Source: the human T2T-CHM13v2.0 reference genome, Homo sapiens
Direction: 5' to 3' (one strand)
Length of the DNA stretch: 64,000 nt
Assembly (NCBI RefSeq): GCF_009914755.1
Contig: NC_060926.1
In this document: piece after piece, positions 12,762 through 31,787 of the stretch
Layout: every line of letters starts with the position of its first letter
Position numbering within the stretch: the first letter of the stretch is position 1
Made by a program: the position numbers and the translations under genes
The notes under the pieces: generated by a model
Told to the model about the DNA's origin: nothing
What the model saw: only the letters and a program-made list of their open reading frames with translations
Databases searched by the model: none

Positions 12762-13744
12762 CTGTAGGAAATGGTCTTGGTCACATCAGTCATCTCAGAC
12801 TCCTACTTTGCAGAAGTAATGCTTGTCTTCTGCAACTACTCCTTGTGTGCTAATTATATTGGCCACATTCACATCTTTTAGCCTTGTAGGGGTCACTGCA
12901 AAGCTAATGGCTCCTGACAGGGAGCAGGCAGAGACTCAGGCCCTGTCAGTCAAAGGAAAGAGGGGACAGAAGAAAAGGCTCAGATGCGAACAAAACTCAA
13001 TATCCCTGGCCTCAGTGGTTCATTTTCAGCATCCTAACCCTCTTGGCTTTGGAGGAAAAAAATAAAACTCCTTCGAGTCTCACATTATGAGCAAGAGCAC
13101 ACACAAATCTTGTCCCAGAAGGAAGGGAATGCATTTCATTTTAGACCCTGTATAGCAGGGGCTGGGAAAAGACTTGGAAAATCTTTCACTTGCTGCATAG
13201 GTAGAAAGCTAGGCAAGATGACTGGATGTAGTGGCTTGAAAATTCATACTCCTTCTTTTTCAAAGAGAGAGATTTCAGTGTTCTTCATTTATGTTAATCT
13301 GAGAACAGAAAATCGTCTTAAAATAAGCTGACAGTGAGAATCACCTGGCGCTACGCTACTCCTATAAGTAATCCTCTTGCTGAAAACTTCAAGAGGAGGC
13401 GTTGGATGAGCCCTTCCCAAATACATCCCATAATCACAACTAGCTGACTAATGAAAAGAGAGCAGATAGAGAATTAGCAAGGGTTCCCTGTAGGGTACAA
13501 ATAAAAATGCATGAGAGTGACAGATGGTGACAGAGCGCACAGCCTTCCTGGGATATCATAGTCAAGGCAGGGGACCCAGGCTTGACTGTATCAAACCCAG
13601 CTCTGTGGGGATTGCTGGGCTGCTAATCCACAGAACCAGCACCGCCCCCTAAGTGGGTTTTGTGTCCTCCTTGCTCTGTATTCTGCAGCATCCTCCCAGC
13701 TCACCGTCTCCTGTGCCTTCCTTGAACATGTCAGATCAGGTATG

Positions 13745-14482
13745 ACAGTTCTCCAGGGGTCTGGAACTGCTCCACAGGGGATGTTTTGAAATTTTGTGGG
13801 AGTGCTTTTGAGTGTCAAAATAATTAGAGGAAGGTGGTATTCCATACATTTCATGGGCAGAGCCATGGATGTTAGATGTCCTGCAAAACATAGGCACTCC
13901 CAAACAACAAAGAACCATCCTTACTTTTGCATTTTTTTTGTGACTTTCAAATGATCCACTGCCCATTCATACAGATGAAGGCCATTTTATTTTGAGCCTA
14001 GAACCTTCCTTCATGTTACATACAAACACAAAAGATTCTTTTGTATATTACATAATTTTATTAGGCACTGAATTTCCAGTTAACAGGGGAAAGATTATTC
14101 CTTGCTTTGTTTGAGACTTTACCAAGAGTTGTCACTGTTTCAGAATGTCAGTTCATGACAGGGACGCTGCTCTAGGTATTCGAGTCTTCAACACAGCACC
14201 CTTGTGTCAGCCTGCCTCTGGAGCTGTCACCATCATGGTGACTATAACTAGATTTTTATGCAGTTGCACACAAGCATTTACATATTAAAATGAAAAAGAT
14301 TTCATTTTGTATGACTTTTATTTTCTCTTTCATATTATAGGTGGGCATAATATGATTTTTAAATTTTTGTGTATAAGTCAATTATATTGCCTATAAGTAT
14401 CATTTTGGGGTGGCAAAGAGAGTGTTAACAAAACGTTTTGGATGGGAAGTACAAAGCATGTCAGGGTTGAGAACCTCTGCTC
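13745..14482. mobile_element. hAT-Charlie DNA transposon remnant (MER20-like ends)
   Basis: cagttctcca... start and ggttgagaacctctg end. Confidence 0.55.
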
Positions 14483-14682
14483 TAATGAGCTGGAGCATCT
14501 AGGAGTTTGTCATTTGTAACTTACTGATCCAAGTATTCTCCTACTCCTACCTATTCCTAATAAGACGCTAGAGAAGAAAGAAGAAAGGGAAAGGGGCCAA
14601 AAGTAACCACCTACAGAGAAAAGGCCCATAAAAAAGCTTCTCCAGTCCCATGACACACCATCACAGCCATCTTGGTTTGTAA

Positions 14683-15165
14683 TGATGGGGTTCAGGATGC
14701 TACCCCCGAAATGCAGCGCATTGGCATTTAAGAAAACAGCAGAAGCGGACAGGCCAGTCACACCTTCTCCTTGCCCTTCTCCCCTGAAACAGGCCATACA
14801 ACCATGCGGACCTTCCTCTAAAGGAAGACTTTCCTAGCAGAAGTTTCTTCCCTATCCCAAGAGGAAAGGAGTGTCTCATGGGGACGAAGGGAAGAATCTG
14901 AACAAACAGGCCTCTCTAAATTCCCCTCAGTTTATTCCTATCACATCCTGCCCCTTTGTCCTCCAATCACACTGCTGCATAACCGTCTATAAAAATACAG
15001 TTTCCTCTGTTTCTTTGGGGCTTCATTACAGAAGGCTCTTGTGTCGTGTAAAATTGATATTAAATAAATGTGCTATGCTTTTCTCTTGTTAATTTATCTT
15101 TTGTTGTAGAGGTCTCAGCCATGAAGCTTGTGATGAGTGAGGAAAATAATCTTTTCTCCCCTATA
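14683..15165 (+). mobile_element. ERV1 solo LTR (MER34/MER93-like)
   Basis: tgatggggttcaggatgctacccccgaaat..., TATAAAA ~14988, AATAAA ~15063; 4-bp TSD gtaa/gtag. Confidence 0.7.
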
Positions 15166-16064
15166 GTAGCATCCTTTGGTCTGATGCCTGATTTAGCTAT
15201 TATCTGCTTTTTTATCTACTAGAATTATCCTCAACCTCTGCCTGTCCATTTGTGAGCAACTCTCATTTCTGTATTTGTTCATTGTGTAATTTTGGTTGTG
15301 TTTATTTAAAGTTCTCAATCCAGTCTCCAAATATATGAATGTCTGTCCACAGCAAATATATAATCAATTCATGAGCAAGATGTCCATAACATCTGTCACT
15401 ATTTGAAAAAGCAATTTGAAAATTATTAAATGTCTTTGACATTAGCTGTTTTTTTAAGCTGATTAACTACCTTCTTTAGGCCCCAATCCAATTTATTTTA
15501 GACCTAAGATGTCATTGTACCATGTCTAAGTCTCTCTTTATAGCGTCTCAGACTTTCTAACTTAAAGCCAGTAGACCATTTACCAGACATACCCAGAATC
15601 TGAGCAATTCTGAATCAAGATCATTTCCAAAATAAAAACGTTTCCGGAATTTAAAGAGCTTACATCTGAAACAGCAGTCAAAAAAGGACTCAATTCAAAC
15701 CCCAGAAGTGTTTTTTATTATATAGATTAAAGTTGGGTTCTGGAGTCTATACTTGCATGGTGCTGTAGAATAGCTGTTTCCCAGCTATTTCCCAGGACAT
15801 AAACCATAAAAGTCACTTATGGTGAGCAGTGAAACAGCCGAAATGTCCCTCACACATGTCTGCACATGGCCACTTGGACTCCTTGTTTCACCAGCTGGTC
15901 TCTGGCAGCCCAGCAGCTCACATTGTCAGCAAAGCAGATGGACTCAGTCTTACCCATCACAATGCCATAATCTTTAAAATGGGTGACTATAAAAAATACC
16001 CTTTGTGTAGATGCATCTATGGTTGAGACACTGAGATTAAACTTTTATCATAATTACATTTTAA

Positions 16065-16750
<686 letters not shown>

Positions 16751-17796
16751 TCTAATCAAGCAATGTACACTATGTGAGAAATCACTAAGGTGGGCATTAT
16801 ATTTTATTTGCATACAAATGGAGGCAGGCCTGAGGCACATTAATGGTTAAATTAGGCAAGAGGAGGTTTTGGGGTTTGGGTTTTAAAAAAAAAGAAACAA
16901 TTAGCTACTTTTCTTCAACATAGACATTCACAGACATCATCAAAAAAGTATTAGCACAGAACAATAGAATGTGGATATGCTTTCAAAAGTAAAACACACA
17001 CACTCATTCTTATCCCCACCGGCATGGCCAAGTATACTGGAGACCAGATTTGAATTCAGGCAAGTAGCAGAGTCTGTTGCGCTGGGAAAGTGGAGCTGGC
17101 TAGCAGAGGCAGGACCAGCCAGCTGGCTCCAGGGCCTGAGGGTCCCTGTTAGATTGTCTAAGCCAACCCCAGGAATTGGGCATGTCATGGATCATATGCA
17201 AGTCCCCTGCTGCCGAGTGGGAGTGCACAGCATTATTTAAGTAGCCTGGCACTGTCTAGTTCCACAGTGAATTGATAATGGTGGAGGGGAGGGGAGGGAG
17301 AAAAGAGAGGGAACATGGCAAAAAAAAGCACTTCCCCCTCCTCATTCACTGTCTTTGAGACATTGACTCTGGTTTTCAATGTCAAGTATCTCAACCAAGT
17401 AGAAGCAGTGCAGATAGGGCAAAAGAGGCCTGGTGTCATTAATGTTTGTCAAGCACTAATTCTGTGCCAGGTACAGAGTCTTTTGCATGTGTTATCTCAG
17501 TCAGTCCTCCCAGTGACCCATATGGCCAATACAATCATCAACTCCTCATTTCACAGAAGGAACTAAGGCCCAGGATGGTTAAGTGACTTGACCAATACCA
17601 CACAGTGAGGGTAGCCAGTGTGAGTGAGAGTCCAAATTCTTAACTACAAAGCTTTACTGTCTCCAACTTATGTTATTAGACCCCAATTTTACATGATATA
17701 ATACTTTATCCTATGTTCTGGGTCTTTTATCTGTGGTGCTCAAGACATCTCACCTTTTTATTCTTTATCAATCCAAAAAATTCCTAGTGAATTTGA

Positions 17797-18097
<301 letters not shown>

Positions 18098-18353
18098 AGA
18101 ATCAAAAATTTTTATTCCTGATTAAAGATTGAGAAAACCACAGCACCTCTAGCGTTTCCTCTAACCTCAGCACCTCTCTCTCTCATCAATATTGCTGAAG
18201 ACTCCTGCCCAAGCCACTGCCCTTTTCCCATAACACTCCGCTAAACAGTGGTGCATTACACTTTTTCTAAATGTGCTCAAGTGCCAGTCACTCTTGGTTA
18301 GCTAAGGAATGCAACATGCATTTTTCTCTAATTCTGGTTTTTATCACACTCAC

Positions 18354-18454
18354 ATCACTAGGCCCATTATTCACGTAGATATCCACTCTGGACATGAGCA
18401 AAGTTGCTTTCTGGAATTGGCTAGCGCAAAATATTAATCGTGCTGGTGGAGTTT
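18354..18454 (-). other. Candidate 101-nt exon (paralogous to 25840-25940)
   Basis: cattttag|AAACTCC...AGTGAT|gtgagt; open frame TPPARLIFCASQFQKATLLMSRVDIYVNNGPSD. Confidence 0.4.
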
Positions 18455-19677
18455 CTAAAATGTGCATCAGTACTTAACAAAGCACTAATACAAATACACT
18501 AGGCTATTTAAAAATAATTCTCTTATTCTATATTTTTATTGACATGAAAATATCCCTCTGTGATTGGATAGTAGAATAGTTATAAAATGCAGATTGTATT
18601 TGTAAGCATAATATGTTTATTACATACTAATATAAATGTATACATTATAGTTATATGATGTTATAAATGAAATATGTTACATAGTATTGTTAAGTGTAAT
18701 AGGTATGTTATATATGTTTATGTACCTATCTTCTACTTATAATGAAATGATCATGTTATTCAATTACATCCTCATGCAAGAGAACACCAACATTCCTGAG
18801 TCATCAGTTCTTTGCATTAGTTTCACTTAGATTTCCTTGCTCTCTCTGTGAAAGGTTGCTTAGCAAGAGCCAACAGGCCCTGTGCTTTGCAAATTCTGGG
18901 AAAGGCTACTAGTCTTTTGGATAATATAAGGGATTTATTGCCATGGGATAAATAGTAGTAGTAATAATAGGAGCATTTTACAGTGAGGCATCTGCTTCAA
19001 ATTAATATAAATTCTTTGGTGTACTTGCCTTTCAAAACTCAGGTATAAGATTGCAAAGTCTAAAGTAAGTGACGTTGTTAATGATGGATTATCATTAATT
19101 TCAAGGTAGATCCTGAAAACCATTTTCATCAAGCTGCACAGAAAAAGCAAAACGAACCAGCATGTTCAAACTTATTTAGCCAGTCAGGAATGTGAGCATA
19201 CCCGAAAAGATAAAATTTAAACCTCTCAAAGGATAAAAAGCTAACATTGAATTATGCAATTTACTATTAGGAAACAGTTATCAATATGGTTTGGATATTT
19301 ATAGACAGCAGCACAGATTGTGCATTAAGAAGGCAATAACAGAAGAGTCTGGGGAGAACAGATAAGAAAATACAAAATTTAGAGGTTGTAAACCCAAATG
19401 CTTCTAGGGGCCAGACGGGTACTAGCAAAGAGGGCAGGCTGGTGAAAGGCAATGGAATGTCTAATGACATTCTACCACATAATTACAAACACTGGGAGTA
19501 CTGAGATATTTGCAGATGAAATGACAGGTCTGGGATTTGCCTCAGAGTAATATGGGGCAGGGTGGAAAGGGGTAGAGGGGAGGGAGGGAGGGTTAGAGGT
19601 GAAACAAGATTGATTTTATGCTGATAGTTCTTGAGGTTGATGATGGCTACGTCAATTTTATTTTACTATTCTCCTTA

Positions 19678-20232
<555 letters not shown>

Positions 20233-21989
20233 TCATAGGGTTGCCCATTTTCAGCCTCTGTTGTAACTGAAAGCATGCACACATGTAAAAATGGCTGTAA
20301 TGCTCCGTACCTGACCACAAGAATGAAGACACATAGTAAATGTGCTCTCCCAATGTCAATAGGATCGTGAGGCATGGGTGGTTTTGTTTTTACGTTTCCA
20401 TGTTTATTCATAATTACATATTAAATTCAAAGTATGGAAGGACTAAGCCCTGAAATGTAATATTTAGCTTCCCTCAGATACGCACACACGGGCGCATGTG
20501 CACACACACACACACAAACATCCTCCTCTTTCCTCAGCAGCAGCCAGATGCCAAGATGCTCTGGACAGTGAATTAGTTCATAGAAGCCAAACATCTTTTT
20601 CCTGTCCTCTTGCCTGGAGAGTCAAAATCCCAGATGTCGGAACTGGGCCTTATTCATCTCCACACTCCTGTAACACAGTAGAAAAATAATAAATAGTTGT
20701 TGAACTATTAACCAAACAGCCTTCACACACTGGTAACATCACCTTGAAAGATCATAGAAGTCTACATATAGAAAATAAGTAAAATGAAGTTATTGGGATA
20801 ATTAAGAAAAACTTTAGCAAAATGTAAGGTATGAAATAGAAAAACAATTGCATTTCCCCTGTTAAAAAACTAATGAACTAAATAAATAAATTTAAAAAAT
20901 GTTTTTCTAAATCTATTTAGTAACTAACGTTTTCTGGAGTTGACTCCAAGCAGCCGTAACACATTTCGTTTCCCCATTTCCCAGGGCTATTGTACTCTCT
21001 GGGATTGTACGAACTTGGACTGGATTGGAACTGCAACAGAAAATCTTCCAGGCAAGTGCCAAAGACTTACATACACAACAGGGACAGCTGATGCCAGGCG
21101 CACACCTATGGGAGCTCCTTCCACCCTCTGGGAGGCTCCTTGAGCTGACAAGTGTCCTGGAGCCCTGAAGAAACTATCCTCACAGAATGACCCAACAACA
21201 TGGGGCAGACACCTTTTGCACATGGGCAGGGCACTGTCCCACTCAAAGGATCATTTGGAAGGTGGTAGGCAGGGGCCCCTCAGTGCGAGCGGAATGGGGT
21301 GCCCTTAATGGGAAGACAGCACAGCTGGCTGGTGAGGCCTGTGGTTTAGCACAACCCCTGAGCCCCCAACCAGGCTCCCTAAATTTAGACCTGCAGGACG
21401 CAGGAGAGAGATGTCAGTTAAATAAAATGAAATCCAAATCAGGAGGTAATGCAAAATACCATCACCATCACAAGCAGGCCACTTACTCATATCCTGTGAC
21501 ATTCTGCCCCTCTCTCCATGCCTAGAAAATAATAAAGCCAGTCCCCTTCCCAGAAAGCACACACGCTACAGAGCCATTTCTCTGTGATTGTCACTAGAAA
21601 TGCTATTCTTTCCACTTCTTCGATCTGCCTGATTTAGTGACAGCACAAATGATAGAATAATTCAGTTGTGACAGGAGCTCACAAGGGGACACACTTGTCA
21701 ATGGGCCCATCTGTCTGCTGCCACTCTCCATCCCTTACAATGCCCTGCTACTGAGAATGATACCAGCTGAAGGAATGACACTCGCTCATCCATGTCCCAA
21801 ATGGGGTGAAGGGAGGCCCTGGAGATGCATGAACTGGTGCATTAGTAGAAGAAACAGTCACCAGAAGAGCAAGTGACGACTCTAGAACTTTCAGATCCCG
21901 GGGTAACTGCAGCTCCTCATCCTGCTTGTGCTCTATAATTACAGAAAAACAATAAAATTGTAGTGTCCTGTGTTTATTTCACAAATGTT

Positions 21990-22440
21990 AATTTTTTAAT
22001 TTTATTTTACTTTATTGCCTTTTTAAAAATTTTTATTTTTATTTTATGTTCCAGGATACATGTGCAGGATGTGCAGATTTGTTACATAGGTAAACATGTG
22101 CCATGGTGGTTTGCTGCTCCTATCAACCCATCACCTAGGTATTAAGCCCAGCATGCATTAGCTCTTTTTACTGATGCTCTCCCTCTCCCAACCCCATCCC
22201 CCCAACAGGTCCCCGTGTGTCCATGTGTTCAGGTGTGTCCCTGTGTCCCCTCCCTGTGTCCATGTGTTCTCATTGTTTAGCTCCTGCTTATAAGTGAGAA
22301 CATGTGGTGTTTAGTTTTATTTTTAGAAACTGTCTCATTCTGTCACCTAGGCTGGAGTATAGTGGCATGATTGTAGCTCACTGCAGCCTCGAACTCCTGG
22401 CTTCCAGCAATCCTCCTGCTTCAGCCTCCAAAAGTGCTGA
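21990..22440 (-). mobile_element. L1PA 3' end followed by an Alu monomer (FLAM/J)
   Basis: ggatacatgtgcaggatgtgcag...taagtgagaacatg; Alu monomer at 22320-22440. Confidence 0.8.
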
Positions 22441-22574
22441 ATGTTTATTGAGTAGTTACTGTAGAGATAGCAGTCTACTGTATATTACAGGGAACACAAA
22501 GCTGCAAAATGCATGATTTCTACCCTTGATGAACTTAACAGCTAGCTAAGAAAGCTATGCACCCATAAAAAGAT

Positions 22575-23370
22575 GGTATACAAACAGCCAACAAACATAT
22601 GAAAAAATGCTCAATATTACTAATTATTAGGGAAATGCAAATTAAAACCACAATGAGAGACCACCTTACTCCTGCAAGAATGGCCGTAATTTAAAAATAA
22701 AAAAGTAATAGATGTTGGCGTGGATGTGGTAAAAAGGGAACACTTCTACACTGCTGGTGAGACTGTAAACTAGTACAACCACTATAGAAAACAGTATGGA
22801 GATTCCTTAAAGAACTAAAAGTAGAGCTACCATTTGGTCTAGAAATCCCACTACTGGGTATCTCCCAGAGGAAAAGAAGTCATTATACAAAAAAGATACT
22901 TGCACATGCATGTTTATAGCAGCACAATTCAGAATTGCAAAAATATGGAACCAACCTAAATGTCCATCAACCAATGAATACATAAAGAAAATGTGTTACA
23001 TATACACCATGGAATACTACTCAGCCATAAAACAGAATGAAAAATAGCATTTGCAAACAACCTAGATGGAGCTGGAGACCACTATTCTAAGTGAAGTAAC
23101 TCAGGAATGGAAAACCAAATATCCTATGTTCTCACTTGTAAGTGGGAGCTAAGCTATGAGGATGAAAAGGCATAAGAATGATATAATGGATTTTGGAGAC
23201 TCGGTGGGAGAAGGGTGGGAGGGGTTGAGGGATAAAAGACTATATACTAGGTACAGTGTACACTGCTTGGGGGACAGCTGCACCAAAATCTTAGAATCAC
23301 CACGAATTAACGAATTCATGTAACCAAAAACCACCTGTTCCCCCAAAACTATTGAAATAAAATTTTAAAA
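22575..23370 (+). mobile_element. L1PB 3' fragment
   Basis: ORF2 C-terminal remnant plus 3'UTR (agctatgaggatg...cctgttcccccaaaactattgaaataaa). Confidence 0.85.
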
Positions 23371-25839
23371 ATCTAAAGTTAAGTTATAGAATAATACAAG
23401 TCTTAAGTAATCACATAGCTCTGCAAGTCCCATTTTATCATTTAGGACCACATGAGTAGAGCATATCCTTGATATTGCGAGTTCACTATTCTTGACACCA
23501 CAAATGCCACCCCTCTGAAACCCAAATGTATCTTGGGGTGTACTTCCCAATTTGGCCTTCTGTGGTTCTGTGTCATGTGCGTTCATCTGGTCTCAGCCAG
23601 ACTATGAGGCCTCTGAGGGCAGGACCTTACCGCCATGTGTTCTGCAGACCTCTCAGTGCCTGGCACATTGTGGGGTGAACAGTGGCACTTGGTGAAGACT
23701 TCACTCATGAATCCCCACTGTGTTCTCTTATTTACTTCCTAATGTCCTCCCTCATAGGGCTTAACACAAGTCACTATGGTCACTCAGTGTCTTCTCTGTT
23801 AAACTGTGAGTTCCATGAGGGTGGTGTCAAGCCTTTCTTGCTAATCTCTGTGTTCCCAGCAGCAGAGCTGTCATATATTGAAAGAAAGAACTACTTCTGT
23901 AACTGTGCACTAACAACTACCAAGGTAACTAGAGAATCTGGCAGTTTGTAAGACAGGACTAAGATACAGTTTTTTTTTTTTTAAGTAAAATGAAAGAAAT
24001 AGACAATGATAAAAATATAGGAAAAAAATCCCCACCTACTCAGAATTTTACAGGTGATATCATTGTCTATATAGTATTTTTCCCTCAACCACCTGAGACT
24101 TACTTGCAAACTATAGAGGCTGCCCCTATTTTTATTGCCATCTGAAAAACCATAGACCCCAAAAGGTCATCTTCATTGTTGCTGACCAGGCTGTGGCATC
24201 AACGGCTGCAAGACCTAGGCTGATATCTGGGTGGGTGCCACTTCCCCACGTTCCCGCTGACCCAGCCCTGTTTTTATGGTCTCCTCAAACACAGAAAAGC
24301 GCCCCAAAACACCAGATGCCTCCCAACCCAAGATGAAGTCACGGGTATGGCCTCTGAAAGCATGATTGTCTCAATCCCTGTGGTTCACCCAGGGGACAAA
24401 ATACAAAAGAGCAGAAGGCACGAGAAGCTCATGTGGTTCTATGGATGTGCAGAGATTTATACTATGCCATCCACCGGGCCATCAGCTAAATAAGAACATT
24501 GAACAGCCTATCCTCTCTTTGCTTTGTTATCACTGGTTCTTTTGCTGGCTCAATACAGCAAAGGGTGTTGAGGAGGAGCAGCCAAATTTGGAATGTGGCT
24601 TGGCAGTATGCAGGTAAAGAAGATGAAGTTCCACATATGGCTGCTGTTCTTGCTCCTTCCCATTATGTCACACTGAGTCTATGGATGTATGCGCACACAT
24701 GCGCAAACACAGACCCGCATACAGCATGCCAAGGCAGACCTCCTAGGGCCGGGTACAAATTCCAAACAGCTGGAGCAGAAAGCGGCAGTTGGCAGGAGTA
24801 GACAATAACAAGAGACACAGTATTGGGAGCAAACTGACACAGAGTTCTTGGCATAACCACATTGCAACCCTTTTTAGGAGAACTGGCAAGCTTCCAGGCC
24901 TCCCCAGCCCTTCCCCAAATGGCAAAACCTAGACCTTCTATGAAAAAAAGGAAACTTAACAGGTCAAGCCATTTGCCTCTGACTTATTTTCAAGCTACAG
25001 CAAAATATACTTGTTACACTAGGTCTTGAAATGTGTTTCCACATTAATAAGAACAATGGCATCAAGGTAATATCACCTGTGGCTTTAGCCTCCTTAAAAT
25101 CAGAAGATGTTATAACTTGAAGAAACCTTGGATGTAATTCACTCTAATGCTGTCATGTTAGAGGAGTGGAAAATGAGTCTCAGAGAAGTTATATGACTTG
25201 ACATGGTCACACTGCTAGTTCATGGCAATGTTCTTGCCCTGATTTTCCAGGTAGCATTCTTTATTCTCTACTGTCTGCCCTTGTCATTTATTTCACATCC
25301 ATCATTAGCTCCTGGAAAGATGACAACATTGAAATTATAATTTTGTAATATTGTATTCACAGTAAAAGCAACATGCTGTGATCTCACAAATACAATTGTG
25401 TGTGTTCTGAACCAGTTGCAAGACATACAAAGATGGCCTGAAGTTGGAGCCTGGGGAGGTGGCGGTGGGTGGACGAAGCCTAGTGATAAGGAGTGATATC
25501 ACTCCAGAGATAAGGAGGCAAAAGAAACAATAACTTCCTATGTAATTTTCTTTTGCTGAAGTGGTAAGAACTGATGACTTTGTAGTTAGGAAGGCTTTGG
25601 AGTTAGGGATTCAGGTCTACCACTTAATAGTTCATTGAGCTTGGGCAGGTTCTTTAATCTTTCTAAACCTCAGCATCTGCATCTGTAAAACAGGGATAAA
25701 ATCAGCACCTCCCTCACTGAGGTCTTACAAGGATTAAGTGAGAGGAGGCACTAAAGGTGCTTACCACATGCTCATTGCTCTTATTTACTTAATGAGTGAA
25801 ACTTTCATTTTTCTTTGATTCTGATTTTCATACACTTGT

Positions 25840-25940
25840 ATAACTAGACCCATTATTCACCTCGATATCAACTCTGGACACTGTCAAAGTTCCTTTCTGG
25901 AAGTAGCTGATTTGAAATATTATTCTTACTGGTGAAGTTC
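25840..25940 (-). pseudogene. Paralogous exon-like copy with dead donor
   Basis: cattttag|GAACTTC...AGTTAT|acaagt; frame TSPVRIIFQISYFQKGTLTVSRVDIEVNNGSSY. Confidence 0.35.
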
Positions 25941-26034
25941 CTAAAATGTATATTCATACCTATAAGGGCATCTAAAACACTGTGCTCTTTAAAAATAATT
26001 TTCTTACTATTTCAATTAAGGTTGGCTATCTTCC

Positions 26035-26760
26035 TCAACATCACCATCACCATCTTCAACATCACTATCATCAACGTCACTATCACCATCATCCTCTTCA
26101 ACATTACCATCAGCATCTCCAACATCAGCATCTCCAACATCAGCATCTCCAACATCAACATCACCATCTTCAACATCACCACCATTAACATCACCATCAT
26201 CCTCTTCAACATCACCATCAGCATATTAACATCACCATCACCATCATCATCATCAACATCACCAACATCAACATCACCATCTTCAACATCACCATCACCA
26301 TCTTCAACATCACCATCATCATCACCATCATCCTCTTCAACATCACCATCAGCATCTCCAACATCAACATCACCATCTTCAACATCACCATCATTAACAT
26401 CACCATCACTGTCTTCAATATCACCATCAGCATCTTCAACATCACCATCACCATCATCATCATCAACATCACCAACATCAACATCACCATCTTCAACATC
26501 ACCATCGTCATCACCATCACCATCTTTAACATCACCATGACCATTACCACTACCATCTTCAACATCACCATCACCATCATCATCATCAACACAACATCAT
26601 CACCATCATCATCTTCAACATTATCATCACCATCACCACCATCATCAACATCACCATAATCACCATCACTATCACCGTCTTCAACATCACCATCACTATC
26701 ACCATCATTGACATTGCTGTCATCACCATCACCATCTTCAACATCACCATCACCATCATG
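26035..26760. repeat. Degenerate (CAT/CAC/CAA)n trinucleotide-register repeat
   Basis: ~725 bp nearly G-free on the + strand; recurrent units TCTTCAACATCACCA and CATCTCCAACATCAG. Confidence 0.95.
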
Positions 26761-27896
26761 ATCTACTGGGTGCCCAGGAAGGGGTGAGCAGCCATCTGGA
26801 GGAATCTACCTTGATGATGAGGTTTGGTATTTTTACAGAACAGGAGAACATAATTTCTAGTAGTAGACATGCCAGGGACATTGACCATCAGAGGACTGAG
26901 TGTTTTCTTTTCTAAGCTAGCAAAGAGGAAAAAATTTCCTGATATTAGAATTATCTCCACCTCTACTCTCCCAGAAGGCTGTACTTGTTACCTTCAAAAA
27001 GTAACCCTTGTCTCTCTGAAATGTTCCCAGATAAGACATTATCTCTTCCTCTTCCTTCATTTCATAGCTTCTCACTGTATTTTCACATGGAATGTACACA
27101 ATTGTAGGCTGGATATTTTCAGGCTATAACTCTGGCAACAGTCTTAGTTCTTGAAACAGCAGATTTACATCAGATAGACCCAAGCTTGCCCCTCTCTCTC
27201 TCTCTGATTCTTATTGAAATAGCTTTTGCTTCCAACAAAAAAAAAAAAAGAGAGAAAAAAAGAACAAAGAGGCCAAAAATTTCATGGTCCTTAAATCCAG
27301 TAATAATGTTTTAAAATGTGAAAGAAAATAAATCTGGGTAAAAGAATTTTAAAATGAATTTTTTAATTACTAAAAAATAAGAGAAATAACACTTAAAAAT
27401 GTTAAACCTCAAGTTTTTTTAATTTTTACATTTTCTTTTTTTATGTTTCTTTTATTCTTATTTAAAATGTATTAATCATCCAAAGCCTAGATTTAAAATA
27501 TCTTAGCATAATCTTAATGGTGGAAATATTTATCCGGACATCCTGCCTATATTATTATTTCTTAAATTTCAATACTTTAAAATCAAAGACAAACTGCTTA
27601 ATCCAATGCAAAGGACCATACTTTTCACTGTTATCCCTTCAACCTGTTATCTCCAGAACACAAACTGTTCCCTTTTTTTTTTTTTTTTTCAATTATACTT
27701 TAAGTTTTAGGGTACATGTGCACATTGTGCAGGTTAGTTACATATGTATACATGTGCCATGCTGGTGCACTGCACCCACTAACTCGTCATCTAGCATTAG
27801 GTATATCTCCCAATGCTATCCCTCCCCCCTCCCCCCTCCCCACCACAGTCCCCAGAGTGTGATATTCCCCTTCCTGTGTCCATGTGATCTCATTGT

Positions 27897-31751
<3,855 letters not shown>

Positions 31752-31787
31752 TTAGTTGATGCAGTTTCTTCCTAGTCTCGATGGTCT

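Noticed and set aside
25932-26592. 202-aa Ser/Pro/Thr, poly-His and poly-Met/Val ORFs
   Set aside because: By-products of a stop-poor trinucleotide repeat.
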